This document shows positions 47,383-58,044 of a DNA stretch of 64,000 bases, one piece after another (within the stretch, counting starts at the first letter, position 1; each line of letters opens with the position of its first letter). The stretch is from NCBI GenBank assembly GCA_965226245.1, contig CBDDCL010000015.1, positions 2,166,515 to 2,230,514 on the forward strand. The letters run 5' to 3'. This stretch comes from Bryobacterales bacterium. Lineage in GTDB: Bacteria > Acidobacteriota > Terriglobia > Bryobacterales > UBA6623. The notes beneath the pieces were generated by a model, which saw only the letters and a program-made list of their open reading frames with translations, was not told the DNA's origin and did not search any database. The position numbers were made by a program, and so were the translations under genes.

Positions 47383-48527
47383 CCTTGCGGCGACAACCCG
47401 AACTCGGTCAAAGTTCTCTCGTCTTCCCGGTGAATGGCGCCATCCGGCAGCAGAGCCGTGTTCAGCATGAGATTTGCGTCGTAGCCGGCTGCTTTCTTTT
47501 CCGCCGCCAGCACCTGCTCCAGGCCGCGGCGCCTGCCATCGTGACGCCGGTCGTAACCCCATGCGCCTGGCTGCAGCGTGAAAGCCATTTCCTTGGGCTT
47601 GTCACGGTTCAGAACCCATGCCGCCGCGGCTGGGGCGCCTCCCAGCGGGTTCTGGCCGGGCCGGCCGCCGTGCGCCGTGAAATCTTCTTGACCGTTGGCG
47701 CCTTCGCCGAATCCGATCAATACGCCGGGATGAGCTTCTCGTAAACGCTCGTAGCTTTGCTCAATTATGAACAGATCGGGGCGGCTGTAATAGCCCATGA
47801 CCGGGTACAACCACAAGCCGGCGAGGGGCTCGTAGCGGTAAAGGATTTCCGCTAGTTGCTCGTCGATGAACTTAAGATAGAGAAGAAAATCTTCTTCGCG
47901 CTCGAGGCGGTACTCAGGCGGCGGCTCGTCGTAAGCGGGACGCGCATAAGGCCAGTCGAGCCGAACGCTGTCGCGCGGATAGAAATAGGGATGATTCCAG
48001 TCGAGGGCGTAGGAGTAGGAAAGGAAAAGCCCCAAGCCCTTCGCCCGGCAGGCCTCGGCTATCTCGCCGACGAGGTCGCGCCGCGCCGGGGAGTTTAAGC
48101 TGCAAAAGTCCGTCGTGTTGGTGCGAAACAGGCAAAAGCCGTCCGGAGCGCGGGCGCTGAAGTTGATATAGGCGGCTCCCGCTTCGAGCGCCAGACCGCT
48201 GATGCGGCCGGCGTCGAAGCGGTCCGCGTTGAAAGTTTCCTTGAGCTTGAGATATTCGCCCGGCGGAATCTTATCGTCGAACTGCACGTAGTCGCCCCGT
48301 TCGAGCTGGGCGTAGACGCCGTAGCGGACCGACAAGCCCAGCTTGGCTTGCCGGAACCACTCGAGAGCCGCTTGGCGGGGATCCGCCGCATAGGTATCAC
48401 GGTGGCCGGCCAGGAATGCCGGCGTCTCGCTTGCCTGGCCGTTTGGGCCGCTGCACGCGGCGCCGGCGGCAAGGGCCGTCAGCGAGCCCAGTCCCCCATA
48501 TTGAAGAAAATCCCTGCGGCTCGGCAT
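47379..48527 (-). CDS. Alpha-L-fucosidase (GH29-like) with Tat signal
   Basis: SRRDFL signal, WFRQAKLGL..R.G.Y, F.A..F, and RDLVGEIAEACR..GLGLFL.YS..DW.HP motifs. Confidence 0.8.
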   Translation of the reverse strand: MPSRRDFLQYGGLGSLTALAAGAACSGPNGQASETPAFLAGHRDTYAADPRQAALEWFRQAKLGLSVRYGVYAQLERGDYVQFDDKIPPGEYLKLKETFNADRFDAGRISGLALEAGAAYINFSARAPDGFCLFRTNTTDFCSLNSPARRDLVGEIAEACRAKGLGLFLSYSYALDWNHPYFYPRDSVRLDWPYARPAYDEPPPEYRLEREEDFLLYLKFIDEQLAEILYRYEPLAGLWLYPVMGYYSRPDLFIIEQSYERLREAHPGVLIGFGEGANGQEDFTAHGGRPGQNPLGGAPAAAAWVLNRDKPKEMAFTLQPGAWGYDRRHDGRRRGLEQVLAAEKKAAGYDANLMLNTALLPDGAIHREDERTLTEFGLSPQG

Positions 48528-48673
48528 TGAGTTTCGTGTATCGTTTCTTAGACCCGAACGGGCCCGTCTCTGGATCTGGACCGCTCCCCTGGAGCCTGTG
48601 AAAATCTGTCTCGGAAACGCTCCTGACGGTCACGACTCTGAATGACAGAGCCTACAGTATAATCGGGACGCCG

Positions 48674-49147
48674 ATGATAGAGCGAATCCAACCTCGAAGG
48701 CGAACTCATCTTGCAACGGCTGCGGTTCTTTTGGGCCTCTGCGGCGTTACTGTCCACGCCACGCGGCCGGCAGCGGCGCCGGAAGGGTTGCCCGATCCGG
48801 CGACGATGCGGCTCGACTATCGTCCCGGCGCTTATTTCCCGCCAGAGTTCCCGTTGCATGGCGAGGTGCGGCTGCTGACTTCGCCTGTCGTCGAGGCGGG
48901 AAAGCGGACCCGCGTGAAAGTCGAGTACACGGTTGGGGATATGGCGATCGAAGAAGGCATGGCGATAGAGATCTTCAAACATTTCACAAGCGACGTGGAA
49001 CAGCCCCGGCGCCGAGGCCCAGGATTACGGCTCACTCGCGGAGCTATCCGATCAGATAGCACGGCTATCCGCCACGATAGCGCCTGTACGCTTTTTGCCC
49101 AAGATCACAACGAGTCCGGGATCGGTCTTTCGATCTCATTCCGTTGA
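48674..49147 (+). pseudogene. Truncated secreted protein (N-terminus resembles DUF3604-type proteins)
   Basis: Signal peptide and VEAG....VEYTVG...I.EG..I.I segment. Sequence degrades after about 49000. Confidence 0.45.
49043..49081. promoter_or_regulatory. Tandem palindromes GCTATC-N6-GATAGC x2
   Basis: 49043-49060 and 49064-49081, 21-bp period. Confidence 0.45.
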
Positions 49148-49264
49148 GATAAAATAACTTGTGCCCACCAGACTCCGGCGGCTGGGGCCGTCCGGCGGTT
49201 TGGCCCCCGCAGTGCTTACTCTCTGGCTGAAATGAACTTACCGACGAAGCAAGGAGATCGAGCA

Positions 49265-50119
49265 GTGAAACGTAATTGGAAATCCAAGGGTGTGCTGCTG
49301 GCGGCGATGACCCTGCTCATAAGTCCGGCGCGGACGGTGGCGGCCACAAGTGTCGAATCAGATTGGAGCGCCCTGACACCAGAGCAGAAGGAAGAGTTTC
49401 TGCTGAACGCCAAGGTCATCAGCAGCAAGGAAATTGGCGTCGGGATCAATGGCACCCGGCGGGCCACTCTGACGGATGGGAAACTCACGCACGACGCGCA
49501 CGTGCAGACCGTAAATATCCATAAGACGCAGTTCAAGACTCTGAACGGCACCGAACTCAATTTTCGCGACAGCTACAAGTACAACATCGCGGCTTACCGG
49601 CTCGACCGATTGCTGGGGCTGAACATGCTGCCGGTGTCGGTGGAGCGCAACGTGGGTGGAGATACTGGTTCCGTGACTTGGTGGGTCGACGACGTGATGA
49701 TGATGGAGGCCGACCGCTACCAGAAAAAGGTACAGGTTCCCCCGCAGCGCAACGCGGATTGGAACGACCAGATGTATCAGGTTCGGGTCTTTAATCAATT
49801 GGTGTTCAACAGCGATCCAAACCTCGGAAACTTGCTCATCACGAAGGAATGGAAGATCCGTTTGGTCGACTATTCGAGGGCGTTTCGGACTCAGAAAAAC
49901 TTAAGAAACCCTGAAAACCTTGCTCGCTGTGACCGCCGGATCTACGATGCACTGCACGAGCTGAACGCAAGTGTTTTGAATCGGGAGTTGGGCGACTGCC
50001 TGCGCAAATCGGAGATCCGGGGAATTCTTGCACGGCGTGACAAGATTCTGGAAATCTTCGACGGAAAGATCGCAGCTAGCGGCGAGGCGTCGGTGATCTG
50101 CGACAAGCCGGGACACTAA
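49265..50119 (+). CDS. Secreted protein with atypical kinase-like motifs
   Basis: Signal peptide, AAYRLDRLLGL..LP.SV.R, N.D.NLGNLL and VDYSRAF motifs. RBS AAGGAG. Confidence 0.65.
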   Translation: MKRNWKSKGVLLAAMTLLISPARTVAATSVESDWSALTPEQKEEFLLNAKVISSKEIGVGINGTRRATLTDGKLTHDAHVQTVNIHKTQFKTLNGTELNFRDSYKYNIAAYRLDRLLGLNMLPVSVERNVGGDTGSVTWWVDDVMMMEADRYQKKVQVPPQRNADWNDQMYQVRVFNQLVFNSDPNLGNLLITKEWKIRLVDYSRAFRTQKNLRNPENLARCDRRIYDALHELNASVLNRELGDCLRKSEIRGILARRDKILEIFDGKIAASGEASVICDKPGH

Positions 50120-50165
50120 GTTCACCAACACGGTTGGCGAGAACGCGCAAGGAGGATAAACGGAC

Positions 50166-50813
50166 ATGACAATACGCACACTTTGTTTGCTGACTCTTTC
50201 CTGCTCGCTGGCGGCTAGTCCGCCCGAGCCCGTTTTGACTTCCCAGGAAGCTGCCCTCAGGATCTCTGAATACACCCAAGCTCAAGCTGTGATCGAAGCC
50301 CACTTCCCCAACTCGCTTTCCACCTCGCCAATCTTGATCAACTCCGCCGGACCGGCTCCGGTAAGCGAGCGTTGCCTCGCTTCTTGGCGGGACGCTTTCG
50401 AAGAGCTGACGAATCTGAACTACCTGTCCGGCTTCCACGAAAATGATGATCAGCTCGGCATCACGACCTCTCAACTCACCGCCCGGGGCCGCGAATTCTT
50501 GCGTCCTCTCACGCCGGGCAGCTCTTTTTGGGTCGTCACGGCGGCAACGGGGGAACCGGTGCGCGATCCGGAGATCGTTCGGATGATTGGCGAGAAACGC
50601 AAACGCGTGTTTGTTGAGTTCCGAACCAAAACCACGGGTCCGTTCGCCGTCATGTGGCGAAATCGGCTCTTCAACTCCGAGTGCCGCGGGGAGCTCGACG
50701 ACGCCGAGATGTTCGACGATCGGGGCTTGATCAGTCACGCCCACTTCCGGTTTCGCAGGACAGGTTGGAAGGTGGCGCGGGTTCTGCCGGGGCGTCACGG
50801 TGGCGACGAATGA
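50166..50813 (+). CDS. Secreted hypothetical protein
   Basis: Signal peptide, RBS GGAGGA, long ORF. Confidence 0.65.
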   Translation: MTIRTLCLLTLSCSLAASPPEPVLTSQEAALRISEYTQAQAVIEAHFPNSLSTSPILINSAGPAPVSERCLASWRDAFEELTNLNYLSGFHENDDQLGITTSQLTARGREFLRPLTPGSSFWVVTAATGEPVRDPEIVRMIGEKRKRVFVEFRTKTTGPFAVMWRNRLFNSECRGELDDAEMFDDRGLISHAHFRFRRTGWKVARVLPGRHGGDE

Positions 50814-50975
50814 CGTGCTGCCCGCCGTCGATCGCGGCGGGCCTATCGCGTGCTTCGACCGTCAGGCGGTGAGAAAGCGGGTTAGCGCGTTTTCGGCATC
50901 AGCACGATTTCATCGCGGGAACACTCCACTGAGAAGGATTGGGTGATGTGTTTGGACCGGCGGGAGTGCCGGTCC

Positions 50976-51356
50976 CTACTCGCCGGAGACTTCGTGGAGG
51001 ACGGCCTGGAATTTCTGCCGCTGTTGATTGTCGAGAAGCACCAGAATGCGGTCGCGGCCATCCGCTTTCATGTACTTGATGTTGCTCAGCAACTCGGCTT
51101 CCATCATGATGCATTCGTCCAAGATCGTTTTCACCTGGGTCACCTGCTCGCCGTCGAGGCCCAGCTCTTCTTGCAGGTGCTGGAGCGCGAGTTCGGGGTC
51201 ATGCCAGTTGCCGGTCGGATCGTGGGTATGATCAGCCTGAGGCGCGTTTTGATAAGCGCGGCCTCCAAATATCCCTGAAGCGGCCCCGGCCAGGAATACC
51301 AGCAGGAGGATTGCCAGGGCTTTTCCCTGACAGGAGTCCAGGCGCGGGCTTGACAT
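50976..51356 (-). CDS. Membrane-anchored periplasmic helical protein (Spy/CpxP-like accessory of the ECF operon)
   Basis: TM LLVFLAG.ASG, LQEELGLD.EQV.QVK.IL and R.RI..LL..QQ.QKF motifs. Confidence 0.65.
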   Translation of the reverse strand: MSSPRLDSCQGKALAILLLVFLAGAASGIFGGRAYQNAPQADHTHDPTGNWHDPELALQHLQEELGLDGEQVTQVKTILDECIMMEAELLSNIKYMKADGRDRILVLLDNQQRQKFQAVLHEVSGE

Positions 51357-51360
51357 GTTC

Positions 51361-51855
51361 TTATTTCTCCCGCAACATGCCGACAAGGATGGAGTTGCGG
51401 TTGCGTTCCAGATCGGCGCTGAGACGCAGCCCGTAATCCGCGGACGGGGGTTCGGTGAGCAGTCTCTCCGCGATGTGCTGAGTCGCGTCCGCGGCTGGGC
51501 CGCCAAATGTCACGGCATACCCGCCCAGCAACGCCAGCCACATCAAACTGCCAAATGCCAAACGGCGGCCGAATGCCGGTTGCAAGAATACCGCCCAGAA
51601 GGGAATCTCGCGTTCCCTTTCGACTTGCTGCATCACGCGGGCGTAGAATGCCGCTTGCGGTTCCAAGATTTCGCTCTCGGGAAGGCGCAGGTCTTTCAAC
51701 AGTTCAGCGGACTCTTCAAAAAGGACCAGCTCTTCGGCTTCGGCTGGATTCTGCTTGAGGTAGTCCTCGAACTTGGCCTGCTCTCGTGCGGGAAGAGTCC
51801 CCGCAAGGTAATCTTCCAATCGATCTCTCACAAACACCTTCATGACCTCTCCCAC
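51361..51855 (-). CDS. Anti-sigma factor (zf-HC2-like N-terminus, one TM)
   Basis: Directly downstream of the ECF sigma. RLEDYLAG.L......FE.YL and P..AFYARVM motifs, TM helix. Confidence 0.72.
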   Translation of the reverse strand: MGEVMKVFVRDRLEDYLAGTLPAREQAKFEDYLKQNPAEAEELVLFEESAELLKDLRLPESEILEPQAAFYARVMQQVEREREIPFWAVFLQPAFGRRLAFGSLMWLALLGGYAVTFGGPAADATQHIAERLLTEPPSADYGLRLSADLERNRNSILVGMLREK

Positions 51856-51875
51856 CTCGCCCCCAAAGGCGCCCG

Positions 51876-52532
51876 TTATGCTGTTGCAACCGCTTTGCGT
51901 TCCATCTTTGAAGCCGCTTTCACCAGCTTTTGCCGTGCCCGAAACAATTTTACTTTAATCGTGTTCTCGTTGAGTCCCGTCAGTTCAGCCAACTCCAGGA
52001 CGCTGAGGCCGTGGACTTCCTTCTGTATCAGCAGCAGCCGCTCTTGTTCGGACACCTTCGAGAGCAGTCTCATCAAATAGTCCCGCCGCTCCACCTGGAC
52101 CGAAATCGGCGGAGCTTTCTCGACGGCCAGCGCGGAGTTTTCCATCGTGCGGGTGTCGTCCTCGCCCAGATCACTTTCATAGACCAGCTTGCGAACTTTC
52201 TGTTTCCGCAAATAGTCGTAGCATTCATTGACGGCGATCTTGTAGATCCAGGTGATGAGTGAAGAGCGAAAATCGAAGCCCTTGATGGAGAAGTAGATTT
52301 TAGTGAACACCTGCTGGGCGATATCCTCGGCATCGTTGCGATTTCGCACAATGCCGTAGATGATCGAGAAGACCTTCGAACGATGGCGCTCGACGATTTG
52401 GCGGAACGCCGTCTCGTCTCCAGCCTGCGTGCGCCGGACAATCTCAGCTTCAGGGGTGTCTCGGAACGCCACCTTTGCCCTCGTTGTTTGGGTGGCGGGC
52501 AATCTCAGGGCTGTTGCTGTCGCCGTGCTCAT
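51876..52532 (-). CDS. ECF RNA polymerase sigma-70 factor
   Basis: GDETAF, DAEDIAQQVF, WIYKIAVN..YDYLRK and ENTIKVKLFRAR motifs. Confidence 0.92.
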   Translation of the reverse strand: MSTATATALRLPATQTTRAKVAFRDTPEAEIVRRTQAGDETAFRQIVERHRSKVFSIIYGIVRNRNDAEDIAQQVFTKIYFSIKGFDFRSSLITWIYKIAVNECYDYLRKQKVRKLVYESDLGEDDTRTMENSALAVEKAPPISVQVERRDYLMRLLSKVSEQERLLLIQKEVHGLSVLELAELTGLNENTIKVKLFRARQKLVKAASKMERKAVATA

Positions 52533-52719
52533 ACGTCCTTTCGACGCGATGCCACCCCGCCTCGTTTCAACAATTACAGATCGCCGTCTCCCAAGTCATG
52601 AATACGGGCCAAGTCCGCGTTTAGATCCCCTTCGTGTGCGGATCCGGCCAAGTTTCATCAGGCTCCATCTCAGGTCGTTCCGGGATTCGGGAAGCGATAA
52701 CCTCCTTCGTTGCAGCCGA

Positions 52720-53367
52720 TTAGGCTACAAAGTCAGCTTCCACGGCGGCCGATAGCGGCGGCTGAGATAGGTTTGCGCTTCCTTGTTCGGGGAGCTGGTT
52801 GCTGTAGTTCCACGCTCGGACAAACGCGACGTCGCCGATCTTGCCGCCCCGGATCATCTCGACGATCTTGTGAAAGTGCTCCCCCGAGCGCTGCTGCGTG
52901 CCGACCTGCACGATGCGCTTGTACTTGCGGGCGGCTTGAACCATCATGCGGCCTTCCTCGATGGCAACCGAGATGGGCTTTTCGACATAGACGTCTTTGC
53001 CGGCTTTACAAGCCTCGATGGCCATGTAGGGATGCCAATGGTCGGGGGTGCAAATGCAGACCGCGTCGATATCCGGGGCGGCGATCAGGTCGCGGAAGTC
53101 AGGATAGACTTTGGCGTCCGGGACCATTTTGAGCGCCAGCTCCAAGTTCGGTTTGTAGATTTCCGAGAAAGCCACGACCTCGAGCTCGGGCTGCCTCAGA
53201 ACGGAGGTCAAGTTGTTGCGGCCGCGCCGGCCCATGCCGATGAAGCCCAGGCGAAATTTCTTCGTCGCCTCGGCGGCGGATAGTACAGCGGGTGCGGCTA
53301 CAGCGGCGGCCGGCGCGGCGGCCGCTGTTTTCAGAAAGGAACGTCTTGGAAGGTCACTGGAAGGCAT
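52720..53367 (-). pseudogene. Gfo/Idh/MocA oxidoreductase with Tat signal, 3'-truncated
   Basis: RRSFLK, IG.GRRG, TPDHWH, KDVYVEKP and QVGTQQRS motifs. Ends at about 215 aa with an unrelated tail. Confidence 0.78.
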
Positions 53368-53606
53368 CGATACGGGTCCTATTGGTTTCGCCAAGCTGGT
53401 TGGCCTTCGTAAAGAGCGCGAAGCTGGTTAGCCTGTGCAACGAGAACCATGCGCTGTAATGTACCAGACTAACGGAAAAGAAGGCATCGATACGGGTCCT
53501 ATTGGTTTCGCCAAGCTGGTTGGCCTTCGTAAAGAGCGCGAAGCTGGTTAGCCTGTGCAACGAGAACCATGCGCTGTAATGTACCAGACTAACGGAAAAG
53601 AAGGCA
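53360..53606. repeat. Perfect 120-bp tandem duplication
   Basis: 53360-53479 equals 53480-53599, with GAAGGCA at 53360, 53480 and 53600. Confidence 0.95.
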
Positions 53607-54002
53607 CTGAGGAAAGAGAATCGGCGAGGCGATTCATCGGACCCGTTTTCGTTTGGACTAGTCCAGCCGCCGGTTCATTGCCGGGCCTTTACAGTAACGA
53701 ACGGCCTTGGCAGCGTCGAAACGCCCGCAACGGTGGCGATGACCTCGAGATTCCCGTCCGGGGCGCTCGGGCTCGACGGCAAACACCTGCGTCTCGTCTT
53801 TGGATAGCGGGCCGTGGTGTTAACTTAGAAAATTAACGTGGGAATCCAGGCTAGCAGAATTCGGCGCGTTTGCATGACGGTTTTCCCAAGACCTCTCTTC
53901 CAAGACTGAATTCAGGCCGCGGACTCTCGCTTTGACCGCGGGCCAAACGGCGGCTGCAAGGCCGAAGAGCCGCAGCGTCCCTCTCTAACAAACTCAATCG
54001 GT

Positions 54003-55127
54003 TCACAAAAGTTTCGGATCGAGAGACTGCTTCCGCCCTTTCCCAGGACCCCACTGGGCAACGGCAAGAGCTTTGCGGCTGATGGTTGTGAAAGGAAGCG
54101 ACCCTAGCTCTTCAGGACTAACCCATCGATAACTTTTGCGGAGCTTGCCCGAAAGCTTGGCTTGGTAGACCACGCCCTTGTAGTCTCGGAACGTTATTGC
54201 ATGGCGGAATCGGCCGAGCGGTTCACCCAGCCTGATGCCGGCGTGCTGGAAGCTTTCTCTGCCGAGCTTGCTCTCCTGAGCTTCGGGGACCTCCCAGAAT
54301 CCTGGCATGACGGCGGCGCCGGCCGGGCGCTGCCTTACCAGAAGGCGGGTCCCTTTCGTGACGATAGCGACTGCGAGTTGAAGCTTTTCGGTGGCTGCCT
54401 TGCGGCGTTTGACGGGACGTTCGCTTTGTGTGCCCCGCTTTCTGGCGGTGCAACATTCACTAACCGGGCAAACCAGGCATTGGGGCTTGCGCGGCGTGCA
54501 GACGGTTGCGCCCAGCTCCATCATGGCCTGGTTGAAGGCGCCGGCGCTGCGCGGTCCGGCAGTTTCGATCAGAGCCTGGGCTCGGTCTCGCAGCTCCGAC
54601 CGGACGGCCGAACGAGCCGTGTCGCGATCGTCGTCGAGCAGGCGAGTCAAGACGCGGATGACGTTGCCGTCCAGCGCCGCCCGCCTTTCTTGCCGGGTGA
54701 TGCTGGCGATCGCCGCTGCCGTATATTCGCCGACTCCGGGAAGCGCGCGCAGGCCGTCAAAGCTATCGGGGAACGTCCCACCGCCTTCAGCGACGACCTT
54801 TTGAGCCGCCAACTGCATTTGGCGGGCGCGGCGGTAATAGCCCAGGCCGCTCCAAGCTTCCAGTACGTCTTGTTCCGGCGCCTCGGCGAGATCTTGCACT
54901 GTTGGAAACCTCTCCAAGAACCTCTCGTAGTAGGGGATGACGGTCGTCACCCGCGTCTGCTGCAGCATGACTTCCGAGAGCCAGATGCGGTAAGGGTCTT
55001 TGGCGCCGCGCCAGGGCAGATCGCGCTTGTGGCGGCGGTACCAGCGGAGAAGGGGCTGGACGAGCTTGCGAACCTGAGAACCCGTAACGCGGGATGGCAA
55101 ACTAGTCGGTTTCTGTCGCAACGCCAC
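54003..55127 (-). CDS. mutY: A/G-specific adenine glycosylase
   Basis: RDLPWR, SEVMLQQT, WSGLGYYRRAR, LPGVGEYTA and CTPRKPQCLVCP.SECC (4Fe-4S) motifs. Confidence 0.95.
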   Translation of the reverse strand: MALRQKPTSLPSRVTGSQVRKLVQPLLRWYRRHKRDLPWRGAKDPYRIWLSEVMLQQTRVTTVIPYYERFLERFPTVQDLAEAPEQDVLEAWSGLGYYRRARQMQLAAQKVVAEGGGTFPDSFDGLRALPGVGEYTAAAIASITRQERRAALDGNVIRVLTRLLDDDRDTARSAVRSELRDRAQALIETAGPRSAGAFNQAMMELGATVCTPRKPQCLVCPVSECCTARKRGTQSERPVKRRKAATEKLQLAVAIVTKGTRLLVRQRPAGAAVMPGFWEVPEAQESKLGRESFQHAGIRLGEPLGRFRHAITFRDYKGVVYQAKLSGKLRKSYRWVSPEELGSLPFTTISRKALAVAQWGPGKGRKQSLDPKLL

Positions 55128-55194
55128 ACCTCAGGCGCTTCAAGCCGGCTGGGTTGTCACCCTAGCTGCCCGTGGCGGAAGTCCGAGGACGCGA

Positions 55195-55286
55195 AAAAAG
55201 GGGACGGCCAGCCAATTTCCTTTCGACGAAGCGCTGATTTTTAAATGGATTGGAGAAGCGGAAATTGGTGGCAGTCCCCCATTTTT
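55195..55286. repeat. Imperfect inverted repeat pair (GGGGAC.GCCA.CCAATTTCC), REP-like
   Basis: 55195-55220 versus the reverse complement of 55260-55286. Similar to the 23018 family. Confidence 0.7.
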
Positions 55287-55362
55287 CGCCCGCACACACT
55301 TCTGCCACGGGCTGCTAGCCCGGCAACGATCGAAGTGGGGTCCTGGCGCCACCCACAGCCCC

Positions 55363-56109
55363 CTACTCTCGGCTCAGACTTGCCTTCAGATAATCACGGT
55401 TCATCTGTGAAATGAAGCTGACGCTGATCTCCTCCGGGCAAACCGCCTCACAGTCGTAGGTGTTCGTACAGCTCCCGAAACCCTCCGCATCCATCGCTGC
55501 CACCATGGCCTTCACCCGGCGATATCGCTCCGGCTGGCCTTGCGGCAAATTCGCCAGGTGGGCGACCTTGGCCGCGACAAACAAGGAGGCCGATGCATTC
55601 TTGCAGGCAGCCACGCAAGCCCCGCAGCCGATGCAAGTGGCAGCGTCCATGGCAGTGTCCGCCTTATGCTTGGGTATCGCGATTAGGTTGGCGTCCGGAG
55701 CTCCTCCGGTATTGACCGAGACAAAACCTGCTGTCTGCAGAATCCGGTCGAAGGCGCTGCGATCCGTGACCAAGTCCCGGATCACCGGGAAAGCCTTCGC
55801 GCGGAAGGGCTCGACTGTGATCGTGTCGCCGTCGTTGAACACGCGCATATAAAGCTGGCAAGTCGTCGTCGCGGCCTCCGGTCCGTGGGGTATGCCGTTG
55901 ATCACCAGCGAACACATGCCGCAAATCCCTTCGCGACAGTCGTGGTCGAAGGCGACAGGCTCTTCGCCCTTTGCGATCAAGTCTTGGTTCAGAACGTCGA
56001 GCATTTCGACGAACGACATCTCAGGGACAACGTTATCGACCTCGTAGGTCACAAGCTCGCCTGCCGCCTGAGCGTTTTTCTGTCGCCAGATTCTCAGTGT
56101 AACTTTCAT
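55363..56109 (-). CDS. sdhB: Succinate dehydrogenase/fumarate reductase iron-sulfur subunit
   Basis: [21 protein letters not shown] and C.N..DCEAVCP motifs. Confidence 0.95.
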   Translation of the reverse strand: MKVTLRIWRQKNAQAAGELVTYEVDNVVPEMSFVEMLDVLNQDLIAKGEEPVAFDHDCREGICGMCSLVINGIPHGPEAATTTCQLYMRVFNDGDTITVEPFRAKAFPVIRDLVTDRSAFDRILQTAGFVSVNTGGAPDANLIAIPKHKADTAMDAATCIGCGACVAACKNASASLFVAAKVAHLANLPQGQPERYRRVKAMVAAMDAEGFGSCTNTYDCEAVCPEEISVSFISQMNRDYLKASLSRE

Positions 56110-56128
56110 GATGAATCGCGTTCGCTAG

Positions 56129-58042
56129 TTACTTGTAACTCCGAGTTGCCAGCTTGACCTCCTCGAAATGGAGTAACTCCTTATGCAGGAGAGGCTCTTT
56201 GTTGGGTCCCTGATATTCCCAGGCGGCCACGTGCGAGAAGTTCTCGTCGTCGCGCACAGCCTCGGCGTCCTCCGTCTGGTACTCTTCGCGAAAGTGTCCG
56301 CCGCAGGATTCTTCACGAGCGAGTGCGTCGCGGCACATCAACTCGCCAAACTCCATGAAATCGGCGACGCGGCCGCCATATTCGAGAGCCATGTTGAATT
56401 CCTGGCCTTCACCGGGAATCCGAACGCTGTTCCAAAATTCTTCGCGCAGCTCCGGGATTCGTTGCAAGGCCTTCTTGAGGCCGCTAGCGTTGCGGGACAT
56501 CCCGCAATGCTCCCACAGTAGCAGGCCCAACTCCCGGTGGAACGAGTCGGCGGACCGTCTGCCGTTGACGTTGAGCAGCTTTCCAACCCGCTGGCGCACT
56601 TCCGCTTCCACGCGCTTGAATTCGGGGTTGCCGGTCGAGACGGGATCCAACTTCGCACTGGCTAGATAGTGACCGATGGTGTGCGGCAGGATGAAGTAGC
56701 CATCCGCAAGGCCCTGCATCAGTGCGCTTGCGCCTAAACGGTTTGCTCCGTGGTCAGAGAAGTTAGCTTCACCGATTACATGAAGCCCTGCAATCGTGGT
56801 CATCAGGCTGTAATCCACCCACAGACCGCCCATGGTGTAATGCACCGCTGGGTAAATTCTCATGGGAACCTGGCAGGGATCTTCAGACGCGATCTTTTCA
56901 TACATGTGAAAAAGGTTGCCGTATAGCTGTTCGATGACGTCCTTGCCTCGGCGCTGAATCGCTTCCGAGAAATCCAGGTACACGCCCTGACCCGTCGGTC
57001 CCACGCCGCGCCCCTCGTCGCAGACCTCCTTGGCGCTACGCGAGGAAATGTCGCGGGGCGCGAGGTTGCCGAAACTGGGGTACTTTCTTTCCAGATAGTA
57101 ATCGCGTTCATCCTCGCTGATCTCATGGGCGGGGCGCCGATCGCCCTTGCGTTTCGATACCCATACCCGCCCATCGTTCCTCAGCGACTCGGACATCAGC
57201 GTCAGTTTCGACTGGTAATCGCCGCTGTGCGGTATGCAGGTAGGGTGGATCTGTGTGAAACAGGGGTTGGCGAAGGCAGCTCCGCGCAGGTAGGCGCGGT
57301 AGCTAGCCGAGACGTTGCTGCCTTTGGCATTGGTCGACAGATAAAATACGTTGCTGTAACCTCCGGTGGCTAGGACCACGGCATGGGCAGCCCACGAGCG
57401 TATCTCCCCGCTTACTAAGTCACGTGTCACGATCCCCCGGGCGCGGCCATCCACAACGACCAAGTCCATCATTTCTGAACGGACGTGCATGCGGACCCCG
57501 CCTTGGCCGATCTGGCGGTTCAGCACCGAGACGGCGCCCAGCAGCAGTTGCTGCCCGGTCTGCCCGCGAGCGTAAAACGTCCGGGAGACAAGTGCGCCCC
57601 CAAACGACCGATTGGCGAGCAGTCCGCCATACTCGCGGGCGAAGGGCACGCCCTGGGCCACGCATTGATCAATGATGTTGTTACTCACCTGGGCCAGCCG
57701 GTAAACATTCGCTTCGCGGCTTCGAAAATCGCCGCCCTTGACCGTGTCGTAGAAGAGCCGGTAAATCGAATCCCCGTCGTTGGGGTAATTCTTGGCGGCG
57801 TTGATGCCACCCTGGGCGGCAATGCTGTGGGCCCTGCGAGCACTATCCTGGAAGCAAAAGCAGCCGACGTGATAGCCCAGCTCCGCCAGCGTCGCAGCCG
57901 CCGAAGCGCCCGCCAGTCCGGATCCCACAACAATGATGTCAAACTTGCGCTTGTTCGCCGGGCTGACCAGCTTGATCTCGACCAGGTGCCGGCCCCACTT
58001 CTGCTCGAGCGGTCCGGAGGGGATTTTGGCGTCCAAGTTCAT
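56129..58042 (-). CDS. sdhA: Succinate dehydrogenase/fumarate reductase flavoprotein subunit
   Basis: [35 protein letters not shown] and ESCGGHFR motifs. Confidence 0.96.
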   Translation of the reverse strand: MNLDAKIPSGPLEQKWGRHLVEIKLVSPANKRKFDIIVVGSGLAGASAAATLAELGYHVGCFCFQDSARRAHSIAAQGGINAAKNYPNDGDSIYRLFYDTVKGGDFRSREANVYRLAQVSNNIIDQCVAQGVPFAREYGGLLANRSFGGALVSRTFYARGQTGQQLLLGAVSVLNRQIGQGGVRMHVRSEMMDLVVVDGRARGIVTRDLVSGEIRSWAAHAVVLATGGYSNVFYLSTNAKGSNVSASYRAYLRGAAFANPCFTQIHPTCIPHSGDYQSKLTLMSESLRNDGRVWVSKRKGDRRPAHEISEDERDYYLERKYPSFGNLAPRDISSRSAKEVCDEGRGVGPTGQGVYLDFSEAIQRRGKDVIEQLYGNLFHMYEKIASEDPCQVPMRIYPAVHYTMGGLWVDYSLMTTIAGLHVIGEANFSDHGANRLGASALMQGLADGYFILPHTIGHYLASAKLDPVSTGNPEFKRVEAEVRQRVGKLLNVNGRRSADSFHRELGLLLWEHCGMSRNASGLKKALQRIPELREEFWNSVRIPGEGQEFNMALEYGGRVADFMEFGELMCRDALAREESCGGHFREEYQTEDAEAVRDDENFSHVAAWEYQGPNKEPLLHKELLHFEEVKLATRSYK

Positions 58043-58044
58043 CG

